Shown in pieces: positions 49,104 to 58,618 of a stretch of 64,000 nt of DNA (within the stretch, counting starts at the first letter, position 1; every line of letters starts with the position of its first letter). Under the pieces are notes generated by a model. It was not told where the DNA came from. It saw only the letters and a list, made by a program, of their open reading frames with translations, and made no database searches. The translations under genes and the position numbers were made by a program. This DNA is from Desulfobacterales bacterium (GTDB lineage: Bacteria; Desulfobacterota; Desulfobacteria; Desulfobacterales; UBA5616): positions 41,627 to 105,626 of the forward strand of contig JAWODC010000067.1 of assembly GCA_046483495.1 (NCBI GenBank), in the 5' to 3' direction.

Positions 49104-50006
49104 ATGGAAAAACCGAACTTTACCATCGTCGGGTGCGGCAGACTGGGAACCGCTTTAGGGAAACACTTGTCCATGGCGGGATATCCCTTAAAGGGGCTTA
49201 CCGGCGGTTCTCTTCGCTCGATACAGGAGACCGCGCGCATTATTGGAACGGACAAAATTTATGAAGTGCCGTGGGAAATATCCCGCACATCCGATGTGGT
49301 ATTCATCACGACTCCGGATGGCGTCATCACCCGGGCATGCAGGACACTTGCGGAAAATAACGGTTTCAAGGAAGGTGCAATCGTTTTGCATTGCAGCGGA
49401 GCCCATCCGTCCACAATCCTGCAGCCGGCGCAAAAGGCCAAAGCAATGATCGGGTCCATGCATCCGCTTCAGAGTTTTGCTTCCAAGACGACGGCGGGCA
49501 ATCCGTTTGCCGGCATCATCATTTCCGTCGAAGGGGTGGACACCGCCGTAAATGTCGCCCGGCGGATGGCGGATGACCTGGGCGCCAAATGCCTGACCAT
49601 CCCAACGGCGTCGAAAACCCTGTACCATGCATCTGCCGTGGTTGCTTCCAACTACCTGGTGACACTCCTGGAATTGGCTTTCAAGCTTATCGGCACGGCC
49701 GGCATATCTCCCGATGAGGCGTTTGGCGTGCTGAAACCTCTTGTGGACGGGACATTGGCCAATATCCGGAAAACGGGCATTCCCGAGGCGCTCACCGGCC
49801 CTATCGCCCGGGGCGACATGGAAACGGTCGGTCGACACGTGACGGAAATCATGGAAAAGATTCCGGAGACAGCGCCGCTGTATGGCCTTTTAGGCATTTA
49901 CACGATCAATATAGCCCTTGAAAAGGGGACGCTTAACAAGGATGCCGCAAAGGCCCTTCAAAAAGTTTTGAAAGAAGCTGTGAATACAATGCCTCCGGGG
50001 CCTTAG
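49104..50006 (+). CDS. Rossmann-like/DUF2520 protein (PanG-like ketopantoate reductase)
   Basis: VGCGRLG, TTPD, HCSG, MHPLQSF, YHASAVVASN, LTGPIARGD. Confidence 0.85.
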   Translation: MEKPNFTIVGCGRLGTALGKHLSMAGYPLKGLTGGSLRSIQETARIIGTDKIYEVPWEISRTSDVVFITTPDGVITRACRTLAENNGFKEGAIVLHCSGAHPSTILQPAQKAKAMIGSMHPLQSFASKTTAGNPFAGIIISVEGVDTAVNVARRMADDLGAKCLTIPTASKTLYHASAVVASNYLVTLLELAFKLIGTAGISPDEAFGVLKPLVDGTLANIRKTGIPEALTGPIARGDMETVGRHVTEIMEKIPETAPLYGLLGIYTINIALEKGTLNKDAAKALQKVLKEAVNTMPPGP

Positions 50007-50016
50007 GCCGATATCG

Positions 50017-50427
50017 TCAGGCTTGATCCGAGTCCTCTGTGGCGGCAGGCAAATTCGCCAGCGCCCGATATAATGCGCCGACCGCCAGTTCGGCGCAATG
50101 GGTAGAATCCTCGGGCAATGTTTCAAGGAATTCGACTACGGCTTCCGATGTAATACGCCAGGCCTCCCTTATGTTTTTCCCTTCCGCAAAATGCCCCACC
50201 GCATTTGCGCAGGCATGGGTATTCAGGCATCCATCGGCAACGTATGAAACCCGGTGAATGCGGCCGCCGCATGCCATTACAAAGAACTCGACCGTGTCGC
50301 CGCATTCCCCTGTATTTTTCCCATATCCATCCGGGGCGAGTACTTTTTCGGTACGATCCCGACGAAAAGCCATTTCGAGATAACGGGCGGAATGGGCCGT
50401 AAAAAAATTAAATCCTGATCGCGTCAT
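50017..50427 (-). CDS. NifU/IscU N-terminal-like Fe-S scaffold protein
   Basis: GECGD, DGC, HCAELA. Confidence 0.8.
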   Translation of the reverse strand: MTRSGFNFFTAHSARYLEMAFRRDRTEKVLAPDGYGKNTGECGDTVEFFVMACGGRIHRVSYVADGCLNTHACANAVGHFAEGKNIREAWRITSEAVVEFLETLPEDSTHCAELAVGALYRALANLPAATEDSDQA

Positions 50428-50751
50428 GCGCCAAAAATCTCCTCTTACAAAAACTGCATAAGCTCTAATCTTTATACTTCAGGACGACCGATTTCAATAC
50501 ATATTCCGTTTTGCGAACATTTTCCGCCGACGTTTTAAACAAGGAGGAATGTGCGCCTGCAGGCTCATGAATACATTTTGGGAAATCTTCCCGGGGGTGC
50601 GGATTTTCGTCCTCGAAAATGAAGCGGATGCCCTATAGACAAGGAGGGTGCAGCCGTTTTTTACAGTGTGAAAAAAAAAGCTACACCACAACCACCCATT
50701 TTTGCACTTTTCGGACTACCAAAGATGCACAATTGCAACCCGCATCCCGGA

Positions 50752-52011
50752 TCATGGGTGCAGGGTATCCGGGGTGAAATCCAGTGTGGCGAAATAATCG
50801 TGCAGCGTCTCCTCCCGACGAATCAATTCAACCGATCCATCGGTTTTCAATAAAAGTTCCTTGGGCCGGAGTCGCCCGTTGTAATTGAAACCCATGGCAT
50901 GGCCGTGGGCACCGGTGTCGTGGATAACGAGAATATCGTCTTCCTCGATCGGAGGAAGCCGTCGCTCAACGGCGAACTTGTCATTGTTTTCACAAAGAGC
51001 GCCCACGACATCCGCCACCAGGGTTTTGGGCTCGTCCTTCTTGGCGGGCACACTGATGTGGTGGTATGCCCCGTAAAGCGCCGGCCGCATCAAGGCGGAC
51101 ATGCAGGCATCCACGCCGATATAGGTTCGATAGATGTCCTTCCGGTTGATTGCCGTTGTCACCAGGGCTCCGTGGGGGCCTGTCATGAATCGGCCGCTCT
51201 CCATTAAAAGTCGCGGCGCATAGCCGAATTTTTTTTCAAACCGTCGGAAAATTTCAGAAATCGCGCTTCCCATGGCATTCAGGTCAAGGGGTGTTTCATT
51301 CGGCTGGTACGGAATTCCAAGCCCGCCGCCGATGTTTATGAAATCAAACCGGATATTCAAGGCATTGGAAATACGCACCACCTCATTTAGCAGCATCTCG
51401 GCCGTCATTACCATGTAGGTGTGGTCTATTTCATTCGACGCCAGCATGGTATGGAGCCCGAAATGGGATGCACCCCGATCGATTGCGGCCCGGTAAGCAT
51501 CGATCAGCTGATCGTGGCTGACGCCGTATTTCGCCTCGATGGGATTGCCGATGATACGGCTGCCTGTTCTTCGGGGACCGGGATTGTATCGAAAGCAAAT
51601 GGTTTCCGGCATATCCGGGACTTTGCGAACCAGGGTGATGTCATCGAGATTTAAAAGGCATCCGCCGTCTGCGGCCGCAGTTTCAAATTCTTCTTTTGAG
51701 GTGTTGTTGGATGTGAACATGATATCGTCACCGCGCCCCCCGATGCTGCGGCTTAATTCGAGCTCCGGTATGCTGCTGCAGTCGAATCCAAATCCCATAT
51801 GTTTCATGATGCTGAGGATTCTCGGGTTGGGAAGCGCTTTTACCGCGTAGTATTCCCGGAATCCCTCGATTGAGGAAAAGGCGGTTTTCAGCCTCTCTCC
51901 GGTCTCCCGTATGCCCGTTTCATCGTAGATGTGAAAAGGCGTTTTGAAATGGCTTGTGATATCCGCCAGTTTTGGAAACAATCGATCCATAAATGAGGAA
52001 GACATCGGCAT
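50752..52011 (-). CDS. lysA: Diaminopimelate decarboxylase
   Basis: YAVKA, NIGGGLG, ESGR, YGAYH, CENND, TGAHG; directly downstream of dapL. Confidence 0.92.
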   Translation of the reverse strand: MPMSSSFMDRLFPKLADITSHFKTPFHIYDETGIRETGERLKTAFSSIEGFREYYAVKALPNPRILSIMKHMGFGFDCSSIPELELSRSIGGRGDDIMFTSNNTSKEEFETAAADGGCLLNLDDITLVRKVPDMPETICFRYNPGPRRTGSRIIGNPIEAKYGVSHDQLIDAYRAAIDRGASHFGLHTMLASNEIDHTYMVMTAEMLLNEVVRISNALNIRFDFINIGGGLGIPYQPNETPLDLNAMGSAISEIFRRFEKKFGYAPRLLMESGRFMTGPHGALVTTAINRKDIYRTYIGVDACMSALMRPALYGAYHHISVPAKKDEPKTLVADVVGALCENNDKFAVERRLPPIEEDDILVIHDTGAHGHAMGFNYNGRLRPKELLLKTDGSVELIRREETLHDYFATLDFTPDTLHP

Positions 52012-52014
52012 GCG

Positions 52015-53244
52015 TCATACTCCTTTCAGCGCGGTCTTTATGCGGACAAGCGCTTCCTCGACATTTTTGCGGCTGTTGAAGGCACTGATTCGAATATAAC
52101 CCCCGCCGCATTTCCCGAATCCGACACCCGGAGTGCAAACTACGCCGGCTCGGTTCAGCAGCAGATCGAAAAAATCCCAGGAATCCCGTTCACCGTCGAT
52201 CCAGATATAGGGGGAATGTATGCCGCCTGTGCATGCAAAACCCAGGGAACCCATTTCGTTTCGGATCATGGCGGCATTTTTCATGTAGTAATCCGTGAGT
52301 TCACGGATCTGCTTTTTGCCGTCATCGCTGTAGACCGCTTCCGCGGCCCGTTGAACAGGATAAGAGACGCCGTTGAATTTTGTGGTCTGCCTTCGATGCC
52401 ACATTCGGTGAAGGGAGTGGGGCTTGTCGTCATGGTCATAGGCCACGCAGGATTTGGGCACCACCGTATAGGCGCACCGTGTTCCGGTGAAACCGGCTGT
52501 TTTGGAGAAGCTTCTGAACTCCACCGCGACCGAATCGGCTCCTGGTATTTCATAAATGGTTTTGGGAATGGCATCATCCCGAATAAACGCTTCGTAGGCA
52601 GCGTCGAAAAGGATGAGTGCACGGTGTTCAACGGCGTAATCGACCCAGGTTTTCAAACGCTCCCGCGTAATAACGGCGCCGGTGGGATTATTGGGAAAAC
52701 AAAGATAAATCAAGTCAACGGCCGATTCGGGGAGATCCGGAACAAACCCGTTTTCCCGCGCGCACGGCAAATACGTAATGCCGCCATACCGTCCATCCTG
52801 AAAAATGCCGGTGCGGCCGGCCATTACATTGGTGTCCAGGTAAACCGGATAAACGGGGTCCGGAATCGCGATTTGAATACATGTATCGAACAGTTCCTGG
52901 AAGTTTCCGGTGTCGCACTTGGCACCGTCGCTGATAAAAATTTCTTCCGCCGAAATGTCGGCATCCCTGGCTTGAAAATCCTCCAGCGCTATTTTATTCC
53001 GCAAAAAGTCGTATCCCTGCTCCGGACCGTATCCCCTGAAGGTCGCGTCACCCCTCATTTCATCGACCGCTGCGTGAAATGCCGTGATGCAGGCTTGGGG
53101 CAGGGCACGGGTGACGTCTCCGATTCCCAGGCGAATGATTTTCTTTTCCGGATTTTCGTTTTGAAATGCCGTCACCCGCTGGGCGATTTCGGAAAATAGG
53201 TAGGATGTCTGAAGCTTCAGATAGTGCTCATTGATTCTGATCAT
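52015..53244 (-). CDS. dapL: LL-diaminopimelate aminotransferase
   Basis: [43 protein letters not shown]. Confidence 0.95.
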   Translation of the reverse strand: MIRINEHYLKLQTSYLFSEIAQRVTAFQNENPEKKIIRLGIGDVTRALPQACITAFHAAVDEMRGDATFRGYGPEQGYDFLRNKIALEDFQARDADISAEEIFISDGAKCDTGNFQELFDTCIQIAIPDPVYPVYLDTNVMAGRTGIFQDGRYGGITYLPCARENGFVPDLPESAVDLIYLCFPNNPTGAVITRERLKTWVDYAVEHRALILFDAAYEAFIRDDAIPKTIYEIPGADSVAVEFRSFSKTAGFTGTRCAYTVVPKSCVAYDHDDKPHSLHRMWHRRQTTKFNGVSYPVQRAAEAVYSDDGKKQIRELTDYYMKNAAMIRNEMGSLGFACTGGIHSPYIWIDGERDSWDFFDLLLNRAGVVCTPGVGFGKCGGGYIRISAFNSRKNVEEALVRIKTALKGV

Positions 53245-53260
53245 TTACCGCACTCTCCTG

Positions 53261-53728
53261 TCATATTTTCATTTTATCCTCGAGAGGAATTCGAGCCGTT
53301 TCCTTGAATGTCCCCAGCACGATACTGCTTTGAGTGGCAATGACGCCCTTAATGGACCGGATTTTATTTTGGATGATGCGGTTTAACTCCGTGGTATCGG
53401 AAACCCGGACCTTCACCAGGTGACCGTCACCGCCGGTTGTATAATGAACTTCCTGAATTTCCGGTACCTCTGCAAGCATCCTGCCAATCGCATCCGAGTC
53501 GGCCTTTTCATCGGTTTTGATACTGATGAAGGCGACGAGGCTTTTCCCGAAACGTTTCGGGTTTAACCGGACTTCATACCCGTCGATAAACCCCTGTTTC
53601 TCCAGTTTTCGGATTCTTTCCAGCACGGCGGATGGGGCCATGCCCACCTGCCGGGCCACTTCGACGTTGGGTATTCGGGCTTTTTCCTGAAGAATCTTCA
53701 GAATTTTAAAGCTAATATCGTCTATCAT
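53261..53728 (-). CDS. Lrp/AsnC-family transcriptional regulator
   Basis: HTH (VARQVGMAPSAVLERIRKLE..G.I.GY) and RAM domain. Confidence 0.92.
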   Translation of the reverse strand: MIDDISFKILKILQEKARIPNVEVARQVGMAPSAVLERIRKLEKQGFIDGYEVRLNPKRFGKSLVAFISIKTDEKADSDAIGRMLAEVPEIQEVHYTTGGDGHLVKVRVSDTTELNRIIQNKIRSIKGVIATQSSIVLGTFKETARIPLEDKMKI

Positions 53729-53753
53729 TCGGAAATATCCCTAATTATCAGAA

Positions 53754-53782
53754 TTAGTACAGGAAGCATCACTCAAAGTCAA
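53754..53782 (-). promoter_or_regulatory. Sigma70-type promoter of lrp-dapL-lysA
   Basis: TTGACT-N17-TACTAA on the minus strand. Confidence 0.45.
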
Positions 53783-53809
53783 GCATTTTATGTTCAAGAG
53801 GCCTTACGG

Positions 53810-54604
53810 CTAATCTCCGGTGAATTTCGGCTCACGTTTTTCAAGAAATGCCGTGATGCCTTCCTTGTAGTCCCGGGTCGTGGCGGTCAGGGCAAGCTGA
53901 TCCATATCCATATGCATGATCGCCTGATCGAGGGCCGAGGAGACCGCATTGATGCTGCGCTTTATCATTTGGGCGGGGATGGGGGGCATTGCAGCGTAAC
54001 CGCGTGCCATGGCCATGGCTTGGTCCATCAGCTCCTCTTTCGGTGCAACGGCGTCCAGAAATCCCCACTCCATAAGTGTTTCTGCGGTTTCCTGCCGAGC
54101 GAGAATGATAAACCGCTTGGCACGGGCCGGTCCGATCAGGTGAACGCACAACGGCACGGAGACCCAGGAAAGACTCATTCCCAACCGGCATTCCGGGTAA
54201 GCGACAAAACAGTCGTCTGCACCGATGCGAAAGTCCATGGCCGAAACCATGCAGGCCGCTCCCCCCAAAGCGCCGCCGTTTATCGCTGCAATAGTGATCT
54301 GATTGATGTCCAATACCTTTTTCAGCATACGCGGGCCGATATGGGATTCCCGAATCCGCTGCAGCAGCGGTGCCTGTGCGGAATCGATGCGCTTGGGATC
54401 GGTGAGGTCCACACCGGCGCTGAAGTGTTTGCCGGCCCCTGTAAAAATCACGGCGCGCGTTCGGGTGTCCTCGTGAAGCTCTGCCGTCAATGATTCAATT
54501 TCCTCCATCAGGTCCAAACTTAACGCGTTGAGCTTCTCCGGGCGATTCAGTGTGACCACGGCGACACTACCGGTCCGATCGATCGTGAGGTAAGAATAGG
54601 GCAC
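53810..54604 (-). CDS. Enoyl-CoA hydratase/isomerase family protein
   Basis: LNRPEKLNAL, FSAGVDL, YPE, EGITAFLEKR; GTG start at 54604 with AGGAG RBS. Confidence 0.9.
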   Translation of the reverse strand: MPYSYLTIDRTGSVAVVTLNRPEKLNALSLDLMEEIESLTAELHEDTRTRAVIFTGAGKHFSAGVDLTDPKRIDSAQAPLLQRIRESHIGPRMLKKVLDINQITIAAINGGALGGAACMVSAMDFRIGADDCFVAYPECRLGMSLSWVSVPLCVHLIGPARAKRFIILARQETAETLMEWGFLDAVAPKEELMDQAMAMARGYAAMPPIPAQMIKRSINAVSSALDQAIMHMDMDQLALTATTRDYKEGITAFLEKREPKFTGD

Positions 54605-54780
54605 GTTTCTTCTCCTTTCTGAGGCACTCGTTGGGTATGGATGGGGCATAAAACCGTCAATAAATGAATTGACCTTATAATTTAAATTTGGATATATACA
54701 CCATGTCTTCCAGGAAATCTCAACCGATTTCGAGAAAATCCGGTGATTCGAAAACATTCCATTCAAAAGTGAGGTGACGC

Positions 54781-55782
54781 ATGAAACAGGCTGTCTTCGA
54801 GAGTGCCAGGAATTTTGTCATCAGGGATGTGCCCCGGCCCGAACCCCTCGATGGGCAGGTGCTCGTGGATGTTGAATACTGTTCGATTTGCGGGTCTGAT
54901 CTGCACTTGTATCAATGGGACTGGGAGCCGACGGATCCAAAGGGGGCCTCCTCACTGAACGTTGTCAGTGAAGCCTTTGGGGGGATTCCCGCCCATTTTA
55001 TTCTGGGGCACCAGTTTTGCGGCAAGGTGGCGGCCGTCGGTCCGGGCGTTTCCTATTGCAGCACGGGCGACCGGGTGGCCGCTCGTGGGGTGGGCGCTTA
55101 TGGCGAATTCGCTCTTTCGGATCAGGTGTATCTGCTGCCGAAAGAAATTTCCTATGAACAGGCGGCCTTCATCGAACCCCTGTCCGTTTCGGTGGATGCC
55201 GTTCGACGCGCCCGATTGTTGCTTGGGGACAGGGTGGTGATTCAAGGGGCGGGAACGATCGGTCTGTTTACGATGCAATGTGCAAAAGCCGCCGGGGCGA
55301 AAAAAACGATTGTCACGGAAATTTCCGATTCGCGTCTGAAAACGGCCGAAGATTTGGGCGCCGATGAAGTTGTCGACGCCAAAACAACGGACGTATTGCA
55401 GCGTGTCGGCGAACTCACCGAGGGGTTCGGCCCGGACATCGTTTTTGACTGCACGGGAAATCCGGAAGCAAACCGGCTGATGCTGGATATGCTCCCCAAA
55501 TGGGGCAGGGCGGTGATTATGTCGACATACACGGATCACTTCGAAATCGATTTCAACAGAATTATGTTAAAGTGCCTGGATGTCATCGGTTGGCTTTCCG
55601 GCACGCCGGACAGCTGGCAGCCTCGTTCCGATCCGTTTGTCATCGCCATTGATTTGATCAAAAAGAAAAAGGTGCTGATCGACCCGCTGATCTCCGCCGT
55701 TGTGCCCTTAGATGAGATTAACGAGGCATTTGCCGGACTCGAAAGCGGCAGGGAGATGGCGGTGCTGGTGAAGCCTAAATAG
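54781..55782 (+). CDS. Zn-dependent MDR dehydrogenase lacking the structural Zn lobe
   Basis: ICGSDLH, LGHQFCG, IEPL, GAGTIG, FDCTG. Confidence 0.88.
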   Translation: MKQAVFESARNFVIRDVPRPEPLDGQVLVDVEYCSICGSDLHLYQWDWEPTDPKGASSLNVVSEAFGGIPAHFILGHQFCGKVAAVGPGVSYCSTGDRVAARGVGAYGEFALSDQVYLLPKEISYEQAAFIEPLSVSVDAVRRARLLLGDRVVIQGAGTIGLFTMQCAKAAGAKKTIVTEISDSRLKTAEDLGADEVVDAKTTDVLQRVGELTEGFGPDIVFDCTGNPEANRLMLDMLPKWGRAVIMSTYTDHFEIDFNRIMLKCLDVIGWLSGTPDSWQPRSDPFVIAIDLIKKKKVLIDPLISAVVPLDEINEAFAGLESGREMAVLVKPK

Positions 55783-55924
55783 TGTCCATCCATAAATGGC
55801 CCTTTCACGCGATTTCTGCGTTGGACGCAAGATCGAAATCCTCAAAATAGCACACTATTCCTGCAGTTTCGATCTTGCGCCCGCCTTGAACTCACGCGAA
55901 ATTGCCTATTTCTGGATGGGCACT
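55781..55924 (+). repeat. ~145-nt palindromic MITE/REP-like element, full copy C with divergent stems
   Basis: Ends agtgtccatccataaat / atttctggatgggcact; inner stem gcaagatcgaaa / tttcgatcttgc; overlaps the TAG stop of the dehydrogenase. Confidence 0.9.
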
Positions 55925-56086
55925 AAATAAAAATGAATCGGCGTTTCGGTTTTCTATCGATCGAATCTGTCGTATAAAGGAACCGGTCAAGAAACGTTTT
56001 ATTCGCAGCCTTTTTGGTCATCGAGGCTGAAGCGTTTGCTCGCTCAATCAAAAAAGGACGCTGTCGGAAAGGAAGAGTTACTGCAC

Positions 56087-57502
56087 ATGACGAAATCGGA
56101 GCATTTCTTAAAAAAATTCGTGGAACCTGAAAGTGTAGCCATCATCGGAGCATCGAATAACCCCGCTCGCAACAACTATCACCTTGTGGGCAACCTCATC
56201 AATTTGGGTTATGGTGGAAGAATTTACCCCGTTAATCCAAGAGAAAGCGAAATTTCAGGGCTGAAAACCTATTCGAATGTCGAGGACATCGAAGAGATTG
56301 TCGATCTGGCCGTAATCGGCGTTTCCGCCGTTGTAACCCCAAGTGTCCTCGAGGCGTGCGCGAAGAAGGGAATTAAGCGGGTTACCCTGATCGCTGGGGG
56401 ATTTTCGGAGATTGGTTCCGAGGGCAAAAAAATACAGAGGAGAATGCATGAGCTTTTGAATCATTACGGCATGCGGGCCATCGGCCCGAACGCGCTAAGT
56501 CCCATAAACGTTCACGGAAAATTCGCCGTAAGTTTTCATGAACTGAAAAAGATCGAACCCGGCCGTTTGTCTCTGATTTTTCAGTCCGGCCTGTATGAAC
56601 CGGCATTTGAATGGCTTTTGTCGGATTTTAATTTTCATTTCAGTAAGCTCATCGACCTGGGCAACAAAATGGATATCAATGAGGTGGATGCGCTGGAGTA
56701 TTATATTTCCGATCCATTTACCTCCGTAATCGGCATTCATATGGAGAGCATCGCCGGCGACGGCAGGCGCTTTTACGACCTGCTTCATGCGGCGGCACGG
56801 GAAAAAAAGCAGGTGGTCGTGCTGAAGACCGGAAGAACACCGGCCGGTGCTGAAGCGGCCGCAAGCCATACAGGTGCCATGGTTCGGGGCAATGATCGGG
56901 TGTTTGACGGCGCCCTGAAGCAGGCAGGTGCCATTCGTGTGGATACAACTGAAGATTTTTTCGATGTGACCCGCGCATTAGACCGCTTTTACGGGGTTGT
57001 CCCCAAGGGAAACCGGGTGGCCGTTGCCATGCTTCCGGGCGGCCTTGGCGTCATGGTGACCGACCTGTGCGAGCGGTCCGGCCTGTCCATGGCCCGAACC
57101 GAAAAGGCTACCGTTGAAAAGCTGGAAAAGGCCTTTCCCTCCTGGGAAATCGCTCCCAATCCCTGGGACTTGGGCGTGACCATGCAGTTCAAGGATCCCG
57201 TCACCGTCTACGGCACGTGGATACAGGCTATGGCGACGGACCCCAATGTGGATATGCTTGCGTTTCAACTTCACAGCAAAATGCTGCTCATGCCCGAGGA
57301 GTTTTTCAGCCTGTTTACCGCCGCCGCTAAAGTCGGCAAACCCACAGCGGTTTGGATAAACGGTATAGAACCCGGCGAAAACGACGCGTTGAAATGGCTG
57401 GAAGAAAACCAGGTCGCCGTGTTCCGCTTTCCGGAAAAGGCCATCGCCGGTCTGGTTGCATTATACCGGTTGACGCGACGTTTTGACCATTTTGATCGTT
57501 GA
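56087..57502 (+). CDS. ADP-forming acyl-CoA synthetase alpha-like subunit (CoA-binding, no ATP-grasp)
   Basis: PESVAIIGAS, YPVNP, GGFSE, GPN, QSG, LGNKMD, AASHTGA, NPWD. Confidence 0.85.
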   Translation: MTKSEHFLKKFVEPESVAIIGASNNPARNNYHLVGNLINLGYGGRIYPVNPRESEISGLKTYSNVEDIEEIVDLAVIGVSAVVTPSVLEACAKKGIKRVTLIAGGFSEIGSEGKKIQRRMHELLNHYGMRAIGPNALSPINVHGKFAVSFHELKKIEPGRLSLIFQSGLYEPAFEWLLSDFNFHFSKLIDLGNKMDINEVDALEYYISDPFTSVIGIHMESIAGDGRRFYDLLHAAAREKKQVVVLKTGRTPAGAEAAASHTGAMVRGNDRVFDGALKQAGAIRVDTTEDFFDVTRALDRFYGVVPKGNRVAVAMLPGGLGVMVTDLCERSGLSMARTEKATVEKLEKAFPSWEIAPNPWDLGVTMQFKDPVTVYGTWIQAMATDPNVDMLAFQLHSKMLLMPEEFFSLFTAAAKVGKPTAVWINGIEPGENDALKWLEENQVAVFRFPEKAIAGLVALYRLTRRFDHFDR

Positions 57503-57511
57503 AATCGTTAA
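57476..57511. repeat. Degenerate 9-bp tandem repeat spanning the gene end
   Basis: cgacgtttt gaccatttt gatcgttga aatcgttaa; similar to 15325..15369. Confidence 0.45.
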
Positions 57512-57602
57512 AAGGTTCCGAGCCATCCAAAAGAGATCATAACGATCGAAATGAGGAAGCCGAAACCTTTCTGAAGATCCGACCTGAAGACAAAGGAAAA
57601 CG

Positions 57603-58547
57603 ATGATGAAAGATGCCCGAAAAGTGTTAGTGGCCGTCGACGGCTCGGAAAACGCCATGGATGCGGTCCGCTATGCCGGAGAAATACTATCCCCCAAAAA
57701 CATCCGTATTTGTCTGTGCCACATCCATCAGGAAATCCCGGAAGCCATGTTGGATTTAAAAAACATGCCCGGATTCCATCATCAGTTGGCGGAAATCGGT
57801 TCATGGAGAATTCAGAACAAGCAGAAGATGGACGCATTTATGACCCAGGCCAAAGAAACACTTGCGGATGTCGGCTTCACATCTAAAGAAGTAAAAACCA
57901 TCATTCGCAAAAAGCGCACCGGCATCGCCGGGGATATCCTTGAGGAGGCCAAAGATGGTTACCACGCCGTTTTCGCAGGACGAAGGGGTCTCAGCAGGAT
58001 AAAGGACCTGCTTATCGGGGGCACGGCCAATAAATTGGTGGGGAAGGCCATGCGGATTCCTGTCGTTGTCGTGGGGCGATTGGCCAACGCGTCGAAGGTC
58101 ATCGTGGCGTTTGACGGCAGCAAGAATGCCTTTAAAGCGGTTGACCGCCTGGCCGGTCTGGCAAACCCGGACAAATGCGAAGTCGAAATATGCCACGTCA
58201 TTCGATCGATTTCATCCGCAACTTCCCTGGGAGATGTGAATGTCCTGCCGGTGGAAGTGGAAGACACCTGGATGAAGGAAAGCATCCGGAATATAAAACC
58301 GCTGATTGCCGATGCAAAGAAACGCCTGATCAAATCCGGTTTTGAACCTGAAAAAGTAAGCGTCAAGATTCTTACCCATAAACCCAGCAGGGCATTTGCC
58401 ATTGTAGAAGAAGCCGAAGCAGGTGAATTTGGAACAATTGTTGTCGGACGTCGAGGACTTACGCTTGTTCAGGAATTCACAATGGGGCGCGTAGGGAAAA
58501 AGATCGTACATGCGGCGACTGATCATTCCGTATGGGTCGTCGGGTGA
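57603..58547 (+). CDS. Tandem universal stress protein
   Basis: Two USP domains: VAVDGS...GRRGLS..IGG and VAFDGS...GRRGLT..MGRV. Confidence 0.92.
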   Translation: MMKDARKVLVAVDGSENAMDAVRYAGEILSPKNIRICLCHIHQEIPEAMLDLKNMPGFHHQLAEIGSWRIQNKQKMDAFMTQAKETLADVGFTSKEVKTIIRKKRTGIAGDILEEAKDGYHAVFAGRRGLSRIKDLLIGGTANKLVGKAMRIPVVVVGRLANASKVIVAFDGSKNAFKAVDRLAGLANPDKCEVEICHVIRSISSATSLGDVNVLPVEVEDTWMKESIRNIKPLIADAKKRLIKSGFEPEKVSVKILTHKPSRAFAIVEEAEAGEFGTIVVGRRGLTLVQEFTMGRVGKKIVHAATDHSVWVVG

Positions 58548-58618
58548 GGGCCGGTTTTTTTCTTTATTGGATTTGCGAATATCGAGCCCGAGCCCTTACA
58601 GCTGTCGCAACCGGGGCT

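Noticed and set aside
18213..55924. Palindromic repeats as a CRISPR array or integron attC sites
   Set aside because: Copies are dispersed by kilobases between housekeeping genes, with no spacers, cas genes, integrase or RYYYAAC/GTTRRRY ends
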